Positions 59,723 through 64,000 of a stretch of DNA of 64,000 nt are shown here, one piece after another. The notes below the pieces were generated by a model, which saw only the letters and a program-made list of their open reading frames with translations, was not told the DNA's origin and did no database searches. The position numbers were made by a program, and so were the translations under genes. The stretch spans positions 17,552 to 81,551 of the forward strand of contig JAKLIW010000001.1 in the NCBI GenBank assembly GCA_022709425.1, given 5' to 3'. The DNA is from a bacterium (lineage in GTDB: Bacteria; UBP6; UBA1177; JAKLFG01). The stretch's first letter is position 1. Each line of letters opens with the position of its first letter.

Positions 59723-60893
59723 CGACCAGCGTCCCCTTGACCAGTTGCGGCGACCCCGCCGGCAGACGGATCATGCCGTCGGCGACGGCGAGCGTGGTGT
59801 AATCGCCCGACCCGTTGTTCGGCAACGGGAAGACCCGCCCCTCCGCAAGGCGCACCAGTACCATCGTATCGCGCTCCGCGTCGGCCCTTCTGGTCTCCTC
59901 TCCGAGCGGCAGCGGCAGGATGCGCGGCGTGAACGGAGAGCCCAAAAGCGCGGAGAGGAACGGGCGCACCAGCAGTTCAAAGGTAATGAATACCGATACG
60001 GGATTGCCCGGCAAACCGAACAGCGCCCGTTCGCCGGCGACGGCGAAGGTGGTCGGCTTCCCCGGCTTGATGGCGACCCGGTCGAAACGGGTCACATACC
60101 CGTTCGCCGCAAAGGCCTGCGGGACAAAGTCGAAATCGCCCGCCGAAACGCCGCCCGAAAGGATGATGAGGTCGCAGGCATCGCGCGCTTCGCCGATGGC
60201 GCGGACGAGACCTTCCCGGTCATCCTTCACGATACCGAAATAGCGGGACAGGACCCCGCAGTCGCGCAGTTGCGCCGCCGTCTGGTAGGCATTCGCGTTC
60301 ACTATCTGGTGCGGTAGCGGCTCGATGCCCGGTTCGACCAGTTCGTCGCCGGTCGCGAGTATCCCCACCAGCGGGCGGGTCATCACCGGGACCCGCGCCG
60401 CACCCAGCGAAGCCAATATCGTGAGGTGCCGCGTCTCTATCCGCGTCCCTTTCTGCAGAACGACAGCGCCCTTTTTCCGGTCCTCTCCCCGGGCGGCATA
60501 ATTGCCGCGCCGCGCGGCCCGTTCATCGCCCGTGAACCTGACCCGGCGGCCGTCGGGCGTTTCCCGCGCATCCTCGACCATGAAGACCCGGTCGGCCCCC
60601 GCGGGGAGGATCGCTCCGGTCATCACCTTGATGCACTTCCCGGCGCTCACCGATCCGACCGGTTCGTGACCGGCGGGAAGGACACCGATGATCTCGAGTT
60701 CGCCGCCGATATCTTGGCCGCGGCAGGCATAACCGTCCACGGCGACGCGGTCGAAGGGGGGAATATCGCGCGGCGCGGCGACATCTTCGGCAAGCACCCG
60801 ACCGCAGGCATCGGTCAGCGCGCAGGTCTCGGTCGCAGAAATCCGCCGCGCCTGTTCAAGGACGATGGAAAGCGCCTTTTCATACGATATCAT
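59706..60893 (-). CDS. moeA: molybdopterin molybdenum/tungsten transferase
   Basis: MISYEKALSIVLEQ... N-terminal MoeA domain, central MoCF-binding domain (LILSGGVSAGDFDFV) and a C-terminal beta-barrel. 395 aa. Confidence 0.8.
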   Translation of the reverse strand: MISYEKALSIVLEQARRISATETCALTDACGRVLAEDVAAPRDIPPFDRVAVDGYACRGQDIGGELEIIGVLPAGHEPVGSVSAGKCIKVMTGAILPAGADRVFMVEDARETPDGRRVRFTGDERAARRGNYAARGEDRKKGAVVLQKGTRIETRHLTILASLGAARVPVMTRPLVGILATGDELVEPGIEPLPHQIVNANAYQTAAQLRDCGVLSRYFGIVKDDREGLVRAIGEARDACDLIILSGGVSAGDFDFVPQAFAANGYVTRFDRVAIKPGKPTTFAVAGERALFGLPGNPVSVFITFELLVRPFLSALLGSPFTPRILPLPLGEETRRADAERDTMVLVRLAEGRVFPLPNNGSGDYTTLAVADGMIRLPAGSPQLVKGTLVDVRSF

Positions 60894-61456
60894 TCAACGC
60901 TCCGTGGAAGATGGCAGACCCATGCACCGTTATCGAGGGAAAGGGCCGTTTCGATGTCGGGGGAGAAACGGGGACCGTCGGCCGTCTCGCGGCACACGAT
61001 CCGGTGATCGACCAACGTCAGCAGGGCGGCGGCGCTTTTTTTGAGTTCCCCCTCCCCTTCGCGGCTCACCATGAGGAAGAGATCGGGTATCAGATAGTTG
61101 CGCACCGAGTTCGATTCGCAGACGATCAGCGTACCGGCGGGAATGCGCAGAAATAGGTCGTCGAGCGCCTGTCCCACGGTTGTCTCATCGCACCGGACCC
61201 AGAAGACCTTGCGGGCGCCGGCGATCAGCATCCGGCCGGTATCGTGCCTGCCGTCGCACCGGGTCTCTTCGGTGACCGAATAGCGGATCTCGGAGCGTTC
61301 GCCGTGGACGATCGTCACTTTGACGCCGTAAAGGTCGGAACGCTTCGAGAAACGGGCGATCAGCCGTTCGCAGAGGGTCGTTTTCCCCGAATCCTTGGCG
61401 GTCGCGCCGATGAGCAGAAGACCGCGATGACGCTTCATGATGAAAGCCTCCTTCAC
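60890..61456 (-). CDS. mobB: MobB-like P-loop protein (molybdopterin-guanine dinucleotide biosynthesis adaptor)
   Basis: LLLIGATAKDSGKTTLCERLI Walker A. Size (~188 aa) and neighbourhood consistent with MobB. Confidence 0.6.
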   Translation of the reverse strand: MKEAFIMKRHRGLLLIGATAKDSGKTTLCERLIARFSKRSDLYGVKVTIVHGERSEIRYSVTEETRCDGRHDTGRMLIAGARKVFWVRCDETTVGQALDDLFLRIPAGTLIVCESNSVRNYLIPDLFLMVSREGEGELKKSAAALLTLVDHRIVCRETADGPRFSPDIETALSLDNGAWVCHLPRSVE

Positions 61457-61562
61457 CGTCGGGATACCGTACCGGATTCACTTTTCTTGTCAATGTTATA
61501 TCGCCCCTTGCAAAACGAACAAGGGTGTGGTAAGAAGCCCCCGTCGTTCTTTAACATCAACG

Positions 61563-61658
61563 CTCCGAGCCCGGATTCCTGCAGCCGCTTGATCGGTATG
61601 GATACCGGGACGACAAGGTATGGGGCGAAAGGCCCATGCCTCCCTTTTGGAAAGGAGG
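61563..61658 (+). promoter_or_regulatory. conserved structured 5' leader element, copy 1 (upstream of pruA); copy 2 at 63356-63448
   Basis: Shared blocks in both copies: CTCCGAGCCCGGA, CCTG(C/A)AGCCG, AAGGTATGGGG, CGAAAGGCCC, and CCTCCCTTTTGGAAAGGAG (an SD-containing inverted repeat). Each copy has a different internal hairpin insertion. The element ends at the RBS/ATG. Confidence 0.4.
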
Positions 61659-61663
61659 AATTC

Positions 61664-63295
61664 ATGACCAATGCCATCTTCAATCTGCCCGAATCCTACA
61701 ACGAACCGACCTTGAGCTATGCCCCCGGCAGCCGCGAAAAGGCGCTGCTCAAGGCCGAACTCAAAAGGCAGTTCGACCAGCGGATCGAGATACCGCTCAT
61801 CATCGGCGGTAAGGAGATCCGCACCGGCAAGACCCGCACGGCGGTCTGCCCCCACGACCATCGCCATGTCCTCGCCGTCTGCCACGAGGCGGGCGAGAAC
61901 GAGGTGAAAATGGCCATCGAGTCGGCGCTCGCCGCGAAAAAACAGTGGGAGAACCTGCCGTGGGAGGACCGCGCCGCGGTATTTCACCGCGCCGCGAGCC
62001 TCATCTCGACGAAGTACCGCTACATCCTCAACGCGGCGACCATGCTCGGCCAGTCGAAGAGCTGTTATCAGGCCGAGATAGACTCCACCTGCGAAACGGC
62101 CGATTTCTACCGCTACAATGTCAAGTTCATGGAACAGATCTACCGCAACCAGCCGATCTCCGATCACCATGTCTGGAACCGCGTCCATTACCGCGCGCTG
62201 GAAGGATTCGTTTATGCGGTGACGCCATTCAACTTCACCGCCATCGGCGCGAATCTCCCGTCGGCCCCCGCGATCATGGGCAACACCGTCGTCTGGAAAC
62301 CGGCATCGACATCGCTCCTGTCGAACTACTACCTGATGCAGCTCTACAAAGAAGCGGGGCTCCCCGACGGCGTGATCAACTTCGTCCCCGGCGGCGGCTC
62401 GATGATATCGAATATCGTGCTGCACGACGCCGACATGGCGGGGATCCACTTCACCGGCTCGACCGCCGTGTTCAACTCGATGTGGCGGACGGTCGGCTCC
62501 AATCTCGACAAGTACCGCATCTATCCGCGGCTCGTCGGCGAGACGGGCGGCAAGGATTTCATCTTCATGCATAATTCGGCCGATGTCGACGCGGTGGCGA
62601 GCGCCGTGGTCCGCGCCGGGTTCGAGTATCAGGGACAGAAATGTTCCGCCTGTTCACGGGTCTATGCGCCGCGGTCGCGGTGGGGCGAACTCAAGGAGAA
62701 ACTGCTTGCGATGGTCTCGTCGATCAAGGTCGGCGATGTGCGCGATTTCCGTAATTTCATGAACGCGGTCATCGACGAGGCGAGCTTTGACAACACCATG
62801 CGCTATATCGACATCGCCCGGAAGTCGCCCGACGCCGAGATACTGACCGGCGGAACCGGCGACAAGTCGAAGGGGTACTTCATCCAGCCGACCATCATCG
62901 AGGCGAAGAACCCCCGATTCGTCACGATGGAGGAGGAGATATTCGCGCCGGTGGTCACCATCTTCGTCTATGACGACAACAGCCTTGACGATACGCTGAA
63001 ACTGGTCGATACGACCTCTCCCTACGCGCTGACCGGCGCGGTGTTCGCAAATGACCGCCACCTGATAAACAAGCTGAGCGACGCGCTCGCCAACGCGGCA
63101 GGCAACTTCTACATCAACAACAAGCCGACCGGCGCGATGGTCGGCCATCAGCCCTTCGGCGGTGCGCGCGCCTCGGGGACCAACGACAAGGCGGGCAGTT
63201 TCCTCAACCTCATCCGGTGGACCAGCCCGCGCACCATCAAGGAGTGTTTCACCCCGCCGACCGTCTACGACTACCCGTTCCTCGGCGAAGAGTGA
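61664..63295 (+). CDS. pruA: L-glutamate gamma-semialdehyde (1-pyrroline-5-carboxylate) dehydrogenase
   Basis: Aldehyde dehydrogenase fold with catalytic FEYQGQKCSACSRVY and ...VGETGGKDF... motifs. 543 aa. N-terminus similar to RocA/PruA group. Confidence 0.75.
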   Translation: MTNAIFNLPESYNEPTLSYAPGSREKALLKAELKRQFDQRIEIPLIIGGKEIRTGKTRTAVCPHDHRHVLAVCHEAGENEVKMAIESALAAKKQWENLPWEDRAAVFHRAASLISTKYRYILNAATMLGQSKSCYQAEIDSTCETADFYRYNVKFMEQIYRNQPISDHHVWNRVHYRALEGFVYAVTPFNFTAIGANLPSAPAIMGNTVVWKPASTSLLSNYYLMQLYKEAGLPDGVINFVPGGGSMISNIVLHDADMAGIHFTGSTAVFNSMWRTVGSNLDKYRIYPRLVGETGGKDFIFMHNSADVDAVASAVVRAGFEYQGQKCSACSRVYAPRSRWGELKEKLLAMVSSIKVGDVRDFRNFMNAVIDEASFDNTMRYIDIARKSPDAEILTGGTGDKSKGYFIQPTIIEAKNPRFVTMEEEIFAPVVTIFVYDDNSLDDTLKLVDTTSPYALTGAVFANDRHLINKLSDALANAAGNFYINNKPTGAMVGHQPFGGARASGTNDKAGSFLNLIRWTSPRTIKECFTPPTVYDYPFLGEE

Positions 63296-63355
63296 TATCG
63301 GCAAAACCGTCCGTAAAAACTTGCCTATTCCCGATATTCTGGTAGATTAGCCCGA

Positions 63356-63448
63356 CTCCGAGCCCGGAACCCCTGAAGCCGAAAAGGTATGGGGACGGGC
63401 CGACAGGGCGCGGTGCCGAAAGGCCCGCACCTCCCTTTTGGAAAGGAG
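63356..63448 (+). promoter_or_regulatory. conserved structured 5' leader element, copy 2 (upstream of uORF + LTD lipoprotein gene)
   Basis: Same conserved blocks as 61563-61658. Followed by ATG at 63454 opening a 15-codon uORF (MRFCTYPLNNELWGG) whose TAA stop is embedded in the main gene's GGAGGATAAGATCATG RBS. Confidence 0.4.
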
Positions 63449-63505
63449 CGGTTATGCGTTTCTGTACATATCCTTTGAACAACGAACTTTGGGGAGGATA
63501 AGATC

Positions 63506-64000
63506 ATGTGGAGAACTTTTGTTTTTTTTGCGCTTCTGTCGCTTCTGTTCGCGCTGGCGGGCTGCGATTCGTCGTCCAACGACAAGAAGGACGGCGACAT
63601 CATCACGACCGACACCGAACAGGATAACGACCTGATCACCGACGATCTCATTCCCGATGAAGCGACCGACGAGGTCGAGCCGGGCGACGGCGACACGCTC
63701 AAACCCGACGACAAGGACATTGCCACGGATGACGGCACGGTCGTCATCGACGAAGATGGCACCGACGAGACGGTCATAGATGAGGACGCGGTGGTCGCCG
63801 ACGAGGATGCCGTCGCCGACGAGGATGCCGTCGCCGCCGATGAGGACGACGTCCTTACCGATGGCCTGACCGACGAAGGAACGGACGACGATGCCGTTAC
63901 GACAGAAGGCGGCCTCATCATCAGCGAATATATACTCGGCAGCGCCAACGGCGAGAAGGCGCTTGAGATATACAACGCCTCGAGCGCCGCCATAGCGCTC
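63506..64000 (+). CDS. lipoprotein with acidic Asp-rich region and a lamin-tail-domain (LTD)-like segment, partial (3' end beyond window)
   Basis: MWRTFVFFALLSLLFALAGCDSS lipobox. D/E/T-rich repeats (VADEDAVADEDAVAADEDD). ...GGLIISEYILGSANGEKALEIYN resembles the LTD start (I.E......G.......E.iEL.N). Confidence 0.5.
   Translation, partial: MWRTFVFFALLSLLFALAGCDSSSNDKKDGDIITTDTEQDNDLITDDLIPDEATDEVEPGDGDTLKPDDKDIATDDGTVVIDEDGTDETVIDEDAVVADEDAVADEDAVAADEDDVLTDGLTDEGTDDDAVTTEGGLIISEYILGSANGEKALEIYNASSAAIAL

Overview
This is a high-GC (~58-60%) bacterial chromosomal window that is almost entirely coding. From start to end it contains the following.

- 1-13.9 kb, minus strand: a tightly packed ~14 kb operon of secreted TPR proteins, outer-membrane beta-barrels, a small secreted protein and an AgmX/TonB-like protein (C-terminal IRWCYEKEL motif). 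Gene order and sizes mirror the Myxococcus Glt/Nfs envelope-spanning complex (NfsA/B-C-D-E-F-G-H). murI and two further secreted proteins sit at its 3' end.
- 14.1-19.3 kb, minus strand: a complete rRNA operon (16S, tRNA-Ile, tRNA-Ala with the G3:U70 pair, 23S, 5S) with a near-consensus sigma70 promoter (TTGACA-16-TATATT) upstream of 16S.
- 19.3-34.4 kb: an orphan MotA/TolQ/ExbB channel, a short GlmU-like nucleotidyltransferase, a REC-histidine kinase hybrid, a PilZ-like protein, a Bax-type glucosaminidase, tRNA-Arg(CCG), hpf, nadK, a Ser/Thr kinase, a ParA-DnaJ fusion, a TPR/transglutaminase-like lipoprotein, mtnA, an FHA protein and a DUF4143 ATPase.
- 36-55 kb, the most interesting region: two loci each combine a protease inhibitor (serpin on the minus strand, double-Kazal on the plus strand), an acidic DYD tandem-repeat lipoprotein, a radical-SAM/SPASM enzyme and a beta-propeller repeat protein. 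The plus-strand locus sits under an ECF sigma/anti-sigma pair.
- Three ORFs end in the same short C-terminal tag GCGCS[LV][LAV]F with no following TM segment: a 310-aa Cys-rich protein, a 968-aa propeller protein, and a 24-aa peptide encoded immediately after one SPASM enzyme. A 24-aa product with this ending looks like a RiPP precursor, or like a previously undescribed C-terminal recognition or sorting tag.
- A DUF4258/YgiT toxin-antitoxin pair, an LtaS-like sulfatase (sharing a duplicated 118-nt leader and the first 12 codons with the peptide), an M23 peptidase, and a tungsten/molybdenum cofactor cluster (mobB-moeA-moaA, structured 167-nt leader, AOR, moaD).
- pruA and a lamin-tail-domain lipoprotein gene, each preceded by copies of a ~95-nt structured leader element.

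No CRISPR array, integrase or transposase was seen.
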